Shown here one piece after another: positions 26,118-35,282 of a DNA stretch of 64,000 bases. Within the stretch, counting starts at the first letter, position 1. The number at the start of each line of letters is the position of its first letter. The translations under genes were made by a program, and so were the position numbers. Location of the stretch: positions 54,834 to 118,833 of the forward strand of contig CAISZM010000003.1 of assembly GCA_903889965.1 (NCBI GenBank), given 5' to 3'. Source of the DNA: an uncultured Elusimicrobia bacterium (GTDB taxonomy: Bacteria; Elusimicrobiota; Elusimicrobia; Elusimicrobiales; UBA9959). The notes under the pieces were generated by a model that saw only the letters and a list, made by a program, of their open reading frames with translations, ran no database searches and was not told the DNA's origin.

Positions 26118-27521
26118 TCATTTATGGTCTAACTTAGCTGGCGCACCAGGCAGGACTGCCCGCTTATCGGGCGTCTTGCTCCCGGCAGGGGAATCCCCGC
26201 TCGTAACACTTTTAGCAACCTCCCGGGGTTTTGTCGCGGCAAGGCATAGACCGGCGCCGAATACCGCAAAACCCAAGATATTGGTCTGGCCGAATTGTCC
26301 CATCAGGACATTGGGCGCGCAGGCCCCAAAAAGCAGTATGGGCAGCATATTGTATTTACGCAGACTTTTGAAACTTTTAATGAACATAAAAAACACTATC
26401 CCTATCCGCAGGAGGATATAGGGCAGGCCAAACAATATACCTCCCTCCGCAAGACAGCGCATCCATTCGTTTTCAACCCACAAAACCCGCTTATCCCCCG
26501 TAAGCAACTGGGAAGCTGCGACAGTACCCATCCCTATGCCCACCCCAAGCAGAGGCGTTTCGTTCAGTGTCTTGTAGGCCTTTTGGAAATTACCGGTGAT
26601 GCGATCAAGGATACCAGCCTCTACGCCGCCGCCTTGTTCGAACCGCGCGCTGAGCACTTCGCTCCCCTCTTGAAATACGGGCATATATAGAACGGCTATT
26701 ACGAAAACGGCCGGGATCAGCAGGAATTTGAAAAACCTTATAAGGATCAGCGGCCGGACAATGACACTTCCCGCCGCGGCGCAAAGAACCATCACGGTTC
26801 CCACAACAAGGCTCCTGCTTCCTGAGACAGCCGCCGCGACCATAAAACTTATTCCCGCGAGCATAGCAAGGAACATGCTATACATCTTCTTTTCAGTGAT
26901 GCCATATACGAGAAAGGCGGCGGCCAAAGGGAAAAAAAGAGCCGGCCCCGTGCTGAAACTAAAAGTACCCGGGGGCCGCCCCTTTCCAAAGGCGGAGGCT
27001 AATTGGTCGTATTCACCGTTAACCCCCAGATTCCAGATACTGTATGGCCCGGATTGGAATTGCAGGACCATGAGAATGGCCATAGGGATAGACAGGAGAA
27101 GGAACCATTTTCCTATTTTCTCGACATCTTCCCGGGATAAGATCCTTGGCATGGCAAAAATAAGCGGAAGGTAAAGAAAATCCGCATGCAATCCGTACAA
27201 AGATACAAGAATATTGGTGGCAGGATTAATAAAGGACGAAAAGAAAGAAACGATGGCCAAGGCGATGAAGGCCGCCATATAATTATTGCTCGGCATCAGG
27301 CCGGCGCGGGAAGCCACAAAATAAAGCCACAGGAGCACAGGCGCCCTTACAAGCAGGAGCGGTTGGCTAAAGCCGGGGAACGCCCATTTCCTCAGGGCTC
27401 CTTCGAAAATGAGCAAAAGGAAAAAGAGCCATGTCAGGCGCTTAACCAGCCGTAACCTTCTTATCTTCGGATCAGGCCTTGCAGGCGCGGGGCCTGTTTT
27501 ATCCGCGGCTGTATTTTTCAT
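26118..27521 (-). CDS. O-antigen ligase/polymerase-like polytopic membrane protein (Wzy_C-type)
   Basis: It has roughly 10-12 TM segments, SGSRS followed by LLGVGIGMG, and a periplasmic loop ENEWMRCLAEGGILFGL. There is an ATGA overlap with the upstream GT4 gene. Confidence 0.65.
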   Translation of the reverse strand: MKNTAADKTGPAPARPDPKIRRLRLVKRLTWLFFLLLIFEGALRKWAFPGFSQPLLLVRAPVLLWLYFVASRAGLMPSNNYMAAFIALAIVSFFSSFINPATNILVSLYGLHADFLYLPLIFAMPRILSREDVEKIGKWFLLLSIPMAILMVLQFQSGPYSIWNLGVNGEYDQLASAFGKGRPPGTFSFSTGPALFFPLAAAFLVYGITEKKMYSMFLAMLAGISFMVAAAVSGSRSLVVGTVMVLCAAAGSVIVRPLILIRFFKFLLIPAVFVIAVLYMPVFQEGSEVLSARFEQGGGVEAGILDRITGNFQKAYKTLNETPLLGVGIGMGTVAASQLLTGDKRVLWVENEWMRCLAEGGILFGLPYILLRIGIVFFMFIKSFKSLRKYNMLPILLFGACAPNVLMGQFGQTNILGFAVFGAGLCLAATKPREVAKSVTSGDSPAGSKTPDKRAVLPGAPAKLDHK

Positions 27522-28759
27522 GGCCGAGCCCCGCCCAGTGCGTCCCGGACCGCAGCCACGATATCACTGTTATACCGCTGCCAGCCGCAAAGCGCCGCCT
27601 TCTTAACGGCTTGCGCGCTCATGTCGTCCAATCGTTCCCGGTCCATCAACAGTTCCAACTTTTCGACAATAGCTTCAGAAGAACGGATGGGCACGATAAA
27701 GCCATCAACTCCATCTTGGATGATGTCCGGACCGGCGGTGTTTGCCGTGGTTATCACCGGCAATCCCTGCGACATGGCCTCTAAGATCACAAGACCAAAA
27801 CCCTCGAATACAGATGGGAATATCAAAACATCGTGGCTTCGCATCTCTTTCAGAAGTTCTTCATGCGGCAAAGAGGGTATCCAGCGGTGACGTGACAGAG
27901 CGTCCTCCAGGGACTTGCAATACCCCAGGAAAAGCCTGGCGCCTACGACCGTCAACTCCACGCTGTCCCCCAATTTATCTACAGCCTTAAAAAGGTAGGA
28001 AAGGCCTTTGCGCTGTGTTAATAAGCCGACATACAACAAGCGAAGCTTTTTTTTACGGTCTTTAACCCCGGCCCCGACACAAGGGGCCGGCGCGCCGAAA
28101 TTTATAACTTTTATCAGTCCCTTAACGCCGGGCGCCATATCCAGGGTTCCCTTTACAAAACTCCCCGGGATAATGATAGTATCCGCCAGGCTAAGCTCCT
28201 CGTCTTTCCGCTCCAGTTTCTCCTTACTGTCGGAAAGTCCGGTCAGGGTCGGGGCCCATTCGGGTTCGAGCACCGCTTCTTCGGCGTAGATCTTCTGGGC
28301 AGCGCGGTAATAACCGATGGGAAGGTCGTAAATGCATTTTATGCCCCGCCTGCTGGCTTCCCTGAAAGTTTCAAGGGCTCCGTCTTCATAGGCATAAACG
28401 GCCTGCAGGTCCGGAAAATGACCCAGATTGCGCGAGACCCAGAGATCAAAATTACGATAGACCGCGTCTATGGATAAAACCCCGCGTTCATGCTTCATCA
28501 GGGAGTTTAATTTCAACCGTAAAGCCAGCAATCTGCAGGATTCTCTTAAAGGAAGCGTCTTTGTCCGGCTCAAAAGCTGGCCCGGGAAAGAACGTTTTTC
28601 CAAGATTCCGCGGATGTACGACGGAAGAAATCTGTTAAGCCAGGCCCCCGTATGCCAGGCGATGCACGTGTCAAACTCAGCCAGCAGATCTGCTTCCGCC
28701 AGGGCCAAAGCCGCACTGCGGACGAATTCATTTCCTGTCGGATGGCTTAAAATTATCAT
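27518..28759 (-). CDS. Glycosyltransferase family 4 (GT-B)
   Basis: It has the C-terminal PSVFEGFGLVILEAMSQGLPVITT (E-x7-E). The start is set at MIILSHPTGNEF, with GGAAGAG upstream. The track start at 28921 adds about 54 unlikely residues. Confidence 0.8.
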   Translation of the reverse strand: MIILSHPTGNEFVRSAALALAEADLLAEFDTCIAWHTGAWLNRFLPSYIRGILEKRSFPGQLLSRTKTLPLRESCRLLALRLKLNSLMKHERGVLSIDAVYRNFDLWVSRNLGHFPDLQAVYAYEDGALETFREASRRGIKCIYDLPIGYYRAAQKIYAEEAVLEPEWAPTLTGLSDSKEKLERKDEELSLADTIIIPGSFVKGTLDMAPGVKGLIKVINFGAPAPCVGAGVKDRKKKLRLLYVGLLTQRKGLSYLFKAVDKLGDSVELTVVGARLFLGYCKSLEDALSRHRWIPSLPHEELLKEMRSHDVLIFPSVFEGFGLVILEAMSQGLPVITTANTAGPDIIQDGVDGFIVPIRSSEAIVEKLELLMDRERLDDMSAQAVKKAALCGWQRYNSDIVAAVRDALGGARP

Positions 28760-29140
28760 TCCAGATCTCTTCCGACCATCCTCCGGAATACGTATACCTG
28801 TCATTGTCCCCCGCGACATGAATATGCGACCAAAACATTGAACACCGTATGATATCTGGACAGCCACACTGATTCTAACATTTTCCAAAAGAGGCTTGTC
28901 TGCAAAGTCTTCGAACAACACCCGCAGTTGACCCCGGCTTCAATCTTTTACGTATTTTACCCGCCTCCTAAGTGTATCCGGACTTCTCGGCTCACACCTT
29001 AAAATTGATTCCTAGGTCGAATAATTATAAAAATGTTAAGATTACGCCACGCGGCTTTTGGACGCAAAGCTGTTTCAGGCAATACGGATACTCGTCTAAC
29101 CGGAAATCGCGAGAGGGCCATTAAACAGCCGACAAATTCC

Positions 29141-30088
29141 ATGATGCATACTATCGTAATCAATAAATTGAAAGAACTGAAAGGGAAAAAAGTCTATTTC
29201 GAGCCGCTTGCCGGGAACAACGGCGACAATTTAATGAGACTGGGGGCCATGGTTTTATTTAAAGAACTTGGCTTAGACTTGGTTGATGATATTAGTAAAG
29301 CCGAAACTGTTGTGGTAAGCGGCAATGGCGATTTAACTATCCATCCGAAAAACAAGCCGATAGAAAAAAGCCTGTTGGGTTTGGCGCTATTAAAGTATAA
29401 AGATCTCCCCGTGATAGTTCTTCCCTGTTCCTGCATAGCCTCAAATGCGAAAAGGCTTTCAGATATATTTAATCTTCGTACCGGATCCACAACAATAATA
29501 GCCAGGGATGAAATATCTTATTCCCTTTTTCGAGAATTCGCCCCAGCCAATGTCGAAGTTTACGTTGATCACGACATGTCTTTCGCGTTAATCGGGAGTG
29601 ACTGGTTAAATGACGTGAAAAAGCGAATATCCAACAACAGTTTGTTGGTCGTTGAGAGATTCGACGCTGAAAGAGCTACAAAGCCGCCTGGTGTTTTCAG
29701 GATACCTGTTTTATTCAGATCTCTTGTTCCGAATAGCTTAAAAAATTTAATAAAGAAAAGGGCGCTTGGCGCCGTATATGGGAATACCCCTTTCGTTACG
29801 GAAGCGATCTCGAAGGCAAGGGAGCATTTTCCCTCTCTAAACTATAATGTCGTGAAAACCGGGGATATCAGCCTGCCCCAAAATTACAGTTTTGAATCTT
29901 TTGTCGCTGAGATAGCCAATGCTTCGGCGGTGGTATCCACCCGCATGCACGTATGTATTATGGCCGCTTTGTTGGGAAAACCCTTTATAGCAGTTCAGTT
30001 CGAGGGCGGCCATAAAGTGTCCGCTCTCTTCGAAAAATCATTGCAAAAATTACCAAATGCCAGGCTCTGGATAAAAAGACCCGTATAA
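29141..30088 (+). CDS. Polysaccharide pyruvyl transferase-like protein
   Basis: It has the N-terminal AGNNGDNLM and the C-terminal TRMHVCIMAALLGKPFIAVQF, the pattern I associate with CsaB/WcaK-type enzymes. The start is set at MMHTIV. Confidence 0.6.
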   Translation: MMHTIVINKLKELKGKKVYFEPLAGNNGDNLMRLGAMVLFKELGLDLVDDISKAETVVVSGNGDLTIHPKNKPIEKSLLGLALLKYKDLPVIVLPCSCIASNAKRLSDIFNLRTGSTTIIARDEISYSLFREFAPANVEVYVDHDMSFALIGSDWLNDVKKRISNNSLLVVERFDAERATKPPGVFRIPVLFRSLVPNSLKNLIKKRALGAVYGNTPFVTEAISKAREHFPSLNYNVVKTGDISLPQNYSFESFVAEIANASAVVSTRMHVCIMAALLGKPFIAVQFEGGHKVSALFEKSLQKLPNARLWIKRPV

Positions 30089-30132
30089 TGACACACGCAC
30101 CGCTAATATTCAGCCGCTTTTCATCAAATTAA

Positions 30133-31230
30133 ATGCTCCGCAACGAAAACCCAAAGCCTTCGATCCTGGTATTTGTCACCCGACACCTGCCTATAGGCGG
30201 TATAGAAAGCCATATCATCGGGTTTTGCCGTAATATGGCGCGGTCGGGCACGGCAGTGGACCTGATAGTGCTTAATTCCGAAATGCTGCCGGGAACTGAA
30301 AGGCTTTACAGGCAAACCTGCAGAAACGTTTACCTGGGAAGATTGAAACGTTCAAGATTGCGCCTGATATGGCTTTTCTTCATATGCATGAGGATCCGGC
30401 GCGTTAATTATACGGCTCTGTATACCAATGGTCAGGGTAAAAGCATCTGGTTTATCGCCCACCTTTTACGCGCCAAACTATGGGTGCATCACCACCACAC
30501 TTCCGGAGACGCAAGCGATCAGGCGACCTGGGACAAGCTATATAAAAAAGCGCTTTTAAAAGCGGACAAGGTGATATCATGCTCCCGCACAACCGCTGGA
30601 AACATGCGCCAATCACTTAAAAGAGACGTAGATGTTATGCCTCCCTTTTCCCGGAAACTTGCGGTGTTTCATCATAATTACCATGCCACTAAGTCAAAAT
30701 TAAATTTCGGATATTATGGCAGGCTTATACCGGAGAAGGGGATAGATCTGCTTTGCCGCCTTAGCGAAGACTGCAGATCCGAAAATATAGAATTTCATAT
30801 TTGGGGAGAAGGGAATCGTTACCCGCGGTCATATTTCACAAGATTTTCAAACTTAAAATACCATGGCACTTTTAGTGGTGAGTCTGAGCAGTCAAAGGCC
30901 GTTGGAATGCTAGATGCCTTCCTGCTGCTGTCAACTCATCCGGAGGGGTTGCCCGTTAGTTTATTGGAGGCGATGAGCGCGGGCCTTCCCTGGCTTGCGA
31001 CAGATAAAGGCGGAGTCTCAGATATTGCTTTTGATCCCGTATCTACAAGAATTTTATCTTCCGTGTCGAATTACTCTGAGGTGCTTAATGCGGTCGTGTC
31101 ATTCGCAAAAGATATCAGAGCCGGGATCGTTTCGAGAGAAAGCCAGATAAGTTTGTATGAAAAGAACTTTTCACCTCATGTGCTTCTGGCACAATGGGAA
31201 AGAGTTTTGGGTATAGATAGCCGGGAATAG
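30133..31230 (+). CDS. Glycosyltransferase family 4 (GT-B)
   Basis: It has YGRLIPEKG and STHPEGLPVSLLEAMSAGLPWLATDKGG (E-x7-E). Confidence 0.8.
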   Translation: MLRNENPKPSILVFVTRHLPIGGIESHIIGFCRNMARSGTAVDLIVLNSEMLPGTERLYRQTCRNVYLGRLKRSRLRLIWLFFICMRIRRVNYTALYTNGQGKSIWFIAHLLRAKLWVHHHHTSGDASDQATWDKLYKKALLKADKVISCSRTTAGNMRQSLKRDVDVMPPFSRKLAVFHHNYHATKSKLNFGYYGRLIPEKGIDLLCRLSEDCRSENIEFHIWGEGNRYPRSYFTRFSNLKYHGTFSGESEQSKAVGMLDAFLLLSTHPEGLPVSLLEAMSAGLPWLATDKGGVSDIAFDPVSTRILSSVSNYSEVLNAVVSFAKDIRAGIVSRESQISLYEKNFSPHVLLAQWERVLGIDSRE

Positions 31231-31306
31231 ATATTTTCGCTGGCGGGGCAGCGCATCGGACTTTTTCAACCCGGGAAGAATCTAAAAGCGGTCCGGGCTA
31301 CCCCGG

Positions 31307-32404
31307 CTATCGCAAGGCCCTGAGGATCGCCGCGAAAGCGGCGGCATGCGCCGCGAGATCATGCCCCCGGTACCACTTATAAGCATTGTCCGCTATCATC
31401 TGGGCTTTAACAATATCCAGTAGTCCTTCATTGCCCGCCGCCCAATAGTGCTCTCCGCCTAAGAGCCCGTCCACAACCCCGGCGCAGGCGCTGCTATTGA
31501 TCGGCAAAAGTCCGTGCGCGCAATAGGCGGCGAAAACACCCGACTTCCCGAGAAAATACGGATTGGCATCAGAGAATCCAGCCAGCGAAGCCGCCATTAT
31601 ATCGCTCACCGCCTGCGCGTTTAGCGCTCCGATCTCCCGGATCTTTAACCCGGCAGGGTTTGGCAATGTAATACCCGTCGACGGGCCGATGTCCATGACT
31701 TCTTCAATGCCAAGCTGCCGGCAGGAATCGATAACCCTCCCGAAGCCTCTCAGGTAGAGCCGTTTGCGTCTTGGCGCCCCGCCGAATATCACCATGCGCC
31801 GCGCGCGCTTATCCAAACGTGGCACGTCGCGCGGCTCACCGATATTGGAAAAAACCGGCAACGCCGGCACGCCGGAATGCACCCCCCCGCTCAAGAGCCC
31901 GATTTCGTCGCTATAAGATCGTTTGCTTGTAATACAGCGGTCGCTCATTTTCATCAAGCTTGCGGCTATCGATTGCTGGATAGGGGACAGCCAGAATTCG
32001 CTCTTCCACACCGGACCGGTGGCGTATATTTCATGGAACATCGTTATGGCTCTGGACGACGCGTCTCCCGATCTCCATTCGCGCAAGCCTTTGATAAGCC
32101 AGAATGGACAGCCCCGCCTTGCAAAGCCGTAGCCGCTGTAATGCAGCAATACCGGCACCCGGCAGGCCGACAGGGCCGCGGAGAGGTCTGAACCGGTGCG
32201 GGCGGACACTTTCCGGACGAGAAAGCCTTCCAGCTCCGGGGGGCCCTGCCAGGCGGGATCGCCGACAAGAAAGTTCGTGACGATCCCGAAATCCTCCCTG
32301 AGCTTCCGGGCAAGATTCAGGGCGTAATCTCCCAGGCCGTTTACAGAGGGCGGGAAGCCGGGCACGAGCTGAACAATAAATTTTGATCCGAGATTTTCTT
32401 CCAT
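31307..32404 (-). CDS. GT-B-like putative glycosyltransferase
   Basis: The N-terminal SVNGLGDYALNLARKL resembles the GT4/GT5 glycine-rich start, and the size and two-lobe layout fit. No clear E-x7-E motif is present. Confidence 0.45.
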   Translation of the reverse strand: MEENLGSKFIVQLVPGFPPSVNGLGDYALNLARKLREDFGIVTNFLVGDPAWQGPPELEGFLVRKVSARTGSDLSAALSACRVPVLLHYSGYGFARRGCPFWLIKGLREWRSGDASSRAITMFHEIYATGPVWKSEFWLSPIQQSIAASLMKMSDRCITSKRSYSDEIGLLSGGVHSGVPALPVFSNIGEPRDVPRLDKRARRMVIFGGAPRRKRLYLRGFGRVIDSCRQLGIEEVMDIGPSTGITLPNPAGLKIREIGALNAQAVSDIMAASLAGFSDANPYFLGKSGVFAAYCAHGLLPINSSACAGVVDGLLGGEHYWAAGNEGLLDIVKAQMIADNAYKWYRGHDLAAHAAAFAAILRALR

Positions 32405-32439
32405 ATCCGTGGCGGCCCCGTATCGTACGATTGACGCGG

Positions 32440-32638
32440 TTATTCCCCTCCGTGCGCGCGGTAAAGCAGCGTTTTGGCCGCGTTCTTAAGTTTAAACCGC
32501 ATCCCGGTAAACCAATAAAGAAGGGGGCCGAAGCCACGATTCATAAGCCAGGTCCTTGCATGCACCGCGAAGTTAAAGCCTCCCAGCTCCAGAAAAGCCC
32601 TCCTGGTTATAAGTGGGTATGCAGACCGCTGTTTTCAT
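32440..32638 (-). pseudogene. Relic of a family-2 glycosyltransferase gene
   Basis: MKTAVCIPTYNQEGF (a GT2 N-terminus) stops after 21 codons. The +1 frame continues FLELGGFNF..., which resembles a GT2 C-terminal region. The catalytic middle is missing. Confidence 0.35.
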
Positions 32639-33019
32639 GAGGATTTTCCCGTTGAACCGAACTGCCGGGCCTGGCGGCCTTTGACCGCCCAAAACTCCGC
32701 CGATCGCGGACTTAGCCGTTGCCGGAAAAACATACCTGCCGCGCGCAAATGGCTTATGAGCGCCAGAAAAGCGGAAAAACGTTTTGTCAGGTTCATTGTT
32801 TACGGTTCGGGGAACGTTCTGCCGACTTACGAAAAACAACAAGGCTATTTTACGACTTTTTATCGTATATTGGTGAAAAATGTACACTTCGTCTCTTTAT
32901 AACGGTGGATGTTCTTTCCGAACGGATCATGAACCCGCGGAATGGTACAATAACCGTGTAAAGATGAGGGATGAAACAAGTGGCGCCAGCCTATCGTAGC
33001 CTGCTTTACTGGAGAATGT

Positions 33020-33751
33020 ATGGGTCTTGCGAACGATCTTGAAAACTATATCAACAGAAAGAGACTTAAAAATAAAGATTTCACTATCATCTGCAACAAT
33101 TGCTACGCCGGATTTATATACAGCGAACTGGGCCTTATGTATACGACCCCGTTCGTCGGTCTCGGAATGTACACGCCCTGCTTTTTGCGGATGTTAAAAG
33201 ACCCGAAGCGATATTTGTCCGGTAAAATCGAGTTTATCAAAACTTCCATTTATCCGGAAAGGAATGAGATACGGAAGAACAACCCGTATCCTATCGGCCT
33301 GATAGGCGGGGATGCGGAAGTCCACTTATCACATTATTCCAGCGAGGCGGAGGTCAGGGAAAAATGGGCCAGGAGGATAGCTAGAATAAACTGGAACAAT
33401 ATTTTCGTGATAATGGATGACCGCCTGGGATTTGAAGTCAAATATCTTGAAGAATTCGACAGACTCGACTTTCCGCGCAAAATCTGTTTTACGAGCAAAT
33501 ATTATAAAGGCATTAAGTCCGCGGTCTGGTGCAGGGAATACGAGAACCAGGCCTCGATTGACGGCCCTTTTGTGTTCGTTAAAACGTCCAAAAATGACTT
33601 CGATATCGTGGAGTGGCTTAACGGCGGAGATATCCGTATCGGGTTTTGCCGGAAAATAATAAACCGCCTGTTTTCATGGATCCATCTGTTCGGGTATAAT
33701 GTCAGGATATTTTCCATGATCAGGGAACGGGCTTGCCGGGTAAAAAAATGA
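33020..33751 (+). CDS. DUF1919-type exopolysaccharide-locus protein
   Basis: FTIICNNCYAGFIYSELGLMYTTPFVGL is the N-terminal pattern I associate with DUF1919. A GGAGA sits upstream of the ATG. Confidence 0.7.
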   Translation: MGLANDLENYINRKRLKNKDFTIICNNCYAGFIYSELGLMYTTPFVGLGMYTPCFLRMLKDPKRYLSGKIEFIKTSIYPERNEIRKNNPYPIGLIGGDAEVHLSHYSSEAEVREKWARRIARINWNNIFVIMDDRLGFEVKYLEEFDRLDFPRKICFTSKYYKGIKSAVWCREYENQASIDGPFVFVKTSKNDFDIVEWLNGGDIRIGFCRKIINRLFSWIHLFGYNVRIFSMIRERACRVKK

Positions 33752-34671
33752 AAACATCTATATGTACGCTTTTTGAAAACGATTACCACCTTGGTCTGGC
33801 GGGACTGGCCAATTCCCTTTGCCGGCATGGGTACCGCGGCGTGATCTGGGCCGGCTACCGAGGTGAACTGCCGCCCTGGGCGAAACCATTAAAGGACTGC
33901 GGCGGGTACCATGAACTTTCAGTGGCGGATGGGTGCCGGCTCCGGTTCGTCCCTCTAAAGACAGCTCTGCACTTCTGCCTTTACAAACCAGCTTTCATGA
34001 TGGACCTGTTGCGGGCATATCCGCAGGAAATGGATGCGCTGGCTTATTTCGATCCCGACATCGTAGTTAAATGCGAATGGGCTTTCTTCGAAAAATGGCT
34101 TTCCCATGGCGTCGCACTTTGTGAAGACGTGAATTCCCCTGTTCTTGCCAGCCATCCGATCCGGTGCGAGTGGAAGAAGTATTTCGAACCGCACAACTTC
34201 AAGTTCAGGAACGACCTCGATCTCTATGCCAATTCCGGTTTTGTAGGCGTCCAGGCTAAAGATATATCCTTCCTGGAGGCATGGCAGGCCGTTATCGGTG
34301 TTATCGAAAAAATGCTGGGGATGCCCGATTCGCGCCAGTCCGCGCCGCGTCCATTTTTATTCGCGTCGCAGGACCAGGACGCGCTTAATGTCGCCTTGAT
34401 GTGCACGGAACAACCCGTGAGCCTTATAGGGAAAGAGGGCATGGATATCGTTTACGGCGGGTTCACGATGTCACACGCACTTGGAAGTCTCAAGCCGTGG
34501 CGGCGGAGATACGTACTGGACTTGATCTTAAAGCGGAAAGCGGCGGGCTTGGCGGATACCCAATACTGGAAATATGCCGATTCCCCTTTACACCCATACT
34601 CAGGAATATCGCTCCGTCTCAGAAAGGCGGACCTCCTGCTGGCTAAGATCTTAAGCAGGCTGATAAAATAG
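33748..34671 (+). CDS. GT8-like nucleotide-sugar glycosyltransferase
   Basis: There is an ATGA overlap with the DUF1919 gene. It has YFDPDIVV (DxD), NSGFVGV and QDQDALNVAL, which resembles the GT8 DQDxLN motif. Confidence 0.55.
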   Translation: MKTSICTLFENDYHLGLAGLANSLCRHGYRGVIWAGYRGELPPWAKPLKDCGGYHELSVADGCRLRFVPLKTALHFCLYKPAFMMDLLRAYPQEMDALAYFDPDIVVKCEWAFFEKWLSHGVALCEDVNSPVLASHPIRCEWKKYFEPHNFKFRNDLDLYANSGFVGVQAKDISFLEAWQAVIGVIEKMLGMPDSRQSAPRPFLFASQDQDALNVALMCTEQPVSLIGKEGMDIVYGGFTMSHALGSLKPWRRRYVLDLILKRKAAGLADTQYWKYADSPLHPYSGISLRLRKADLLLAKILSRLIK

Positions 34672-34715
34672 CCGACAGCGAACGCGGTAGTTTTGTCCGT
34701 ATAAAGAGGGAAATT

Positions 34716-35282
34716 ATGTTATTTCAGAAAGCCTTTTTCAGGCTGCGCGGCTATTTTTCCGTCGCGGCGTCGTTTTTGAGAAAATTATGGTGGAGTATGC
34801 AGGGTTTAAGGGTCGGAAAGGGGACAGTTCTGCCTTCCTGTAACATAACCTGGCCTCACCAGGTGAGCCTGGGAAACGATTGCCGGCTTGAACCGAACAT
34901 ATTTTTTAAATTTGACGGGCCCTGGAAGCCGGGCCCCTCTATTGTAATAGGGAACGATGTATTCATCGGCAGGGGGTGCGAATTCAATATCAGGGAAAAT
35001 ATCCACATAGGCAACAACTGCCTTATCTCTTCTGAAACCAAATTTATCGACCATAATCATGGCACCGAGATAGGGAAACCCATGAACCGTCAAGCCTGTC
35101 CAGGGACCCCGATAGTTCTTGAAGAAGATGTCTGGATCGGAGTTAATACGGTAATCCTAAAAGGGGTACGTATCAGCAAAGGCGCGGTAGTGGGAGCCGG
35201 GGCCGTGGTCACCAGCTCCATCCCTTCAAATGAGATATGGTGCGGCGTACCTGCCAAAAAGATCGGAGCCCGTAAGCCGTGA
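34716..35282 (+). CDS. Hexapeptide-repeat (LbH) O-acetyltransferase
   Basis: It has tandem hexapeptide turns (IGNDVFIGRGCEFNI, IHIGNNCLIS, VWIGVNTVILKGVRISKGAVVGAGAVV) and the C-terminal WCGVPAKKIG. Confidence 0.8.
   Translation: MLFQKAFFRLRGYFSVAASFLRKLWWSMQGLRVGKGTVLPSCNITWPHQVSLGNDCRLEPNIFFKFDGPWKPGPSIVIGNDVFIGRGCEFNIRENIHIGNNCLISSETKFIDHNHGTEIGKPMNRQACPGTPIVLEEDVWIGVNTVILKGVRISKGAVVGAGAVVTSSIPSNEIWCGVPAKKIGARKP

Noticed and set aside
32573-32961. ORFs 32573..32887 -, 32681..32902 + and 32719..32961 + in the central gap of the island.
   Set aside because: Apart from the GT2-like N-terminal 21 codons (reported as a relic), the translations have no motifs, they overlap one another, and they lie in AT-rich non-coding-looking sequence.
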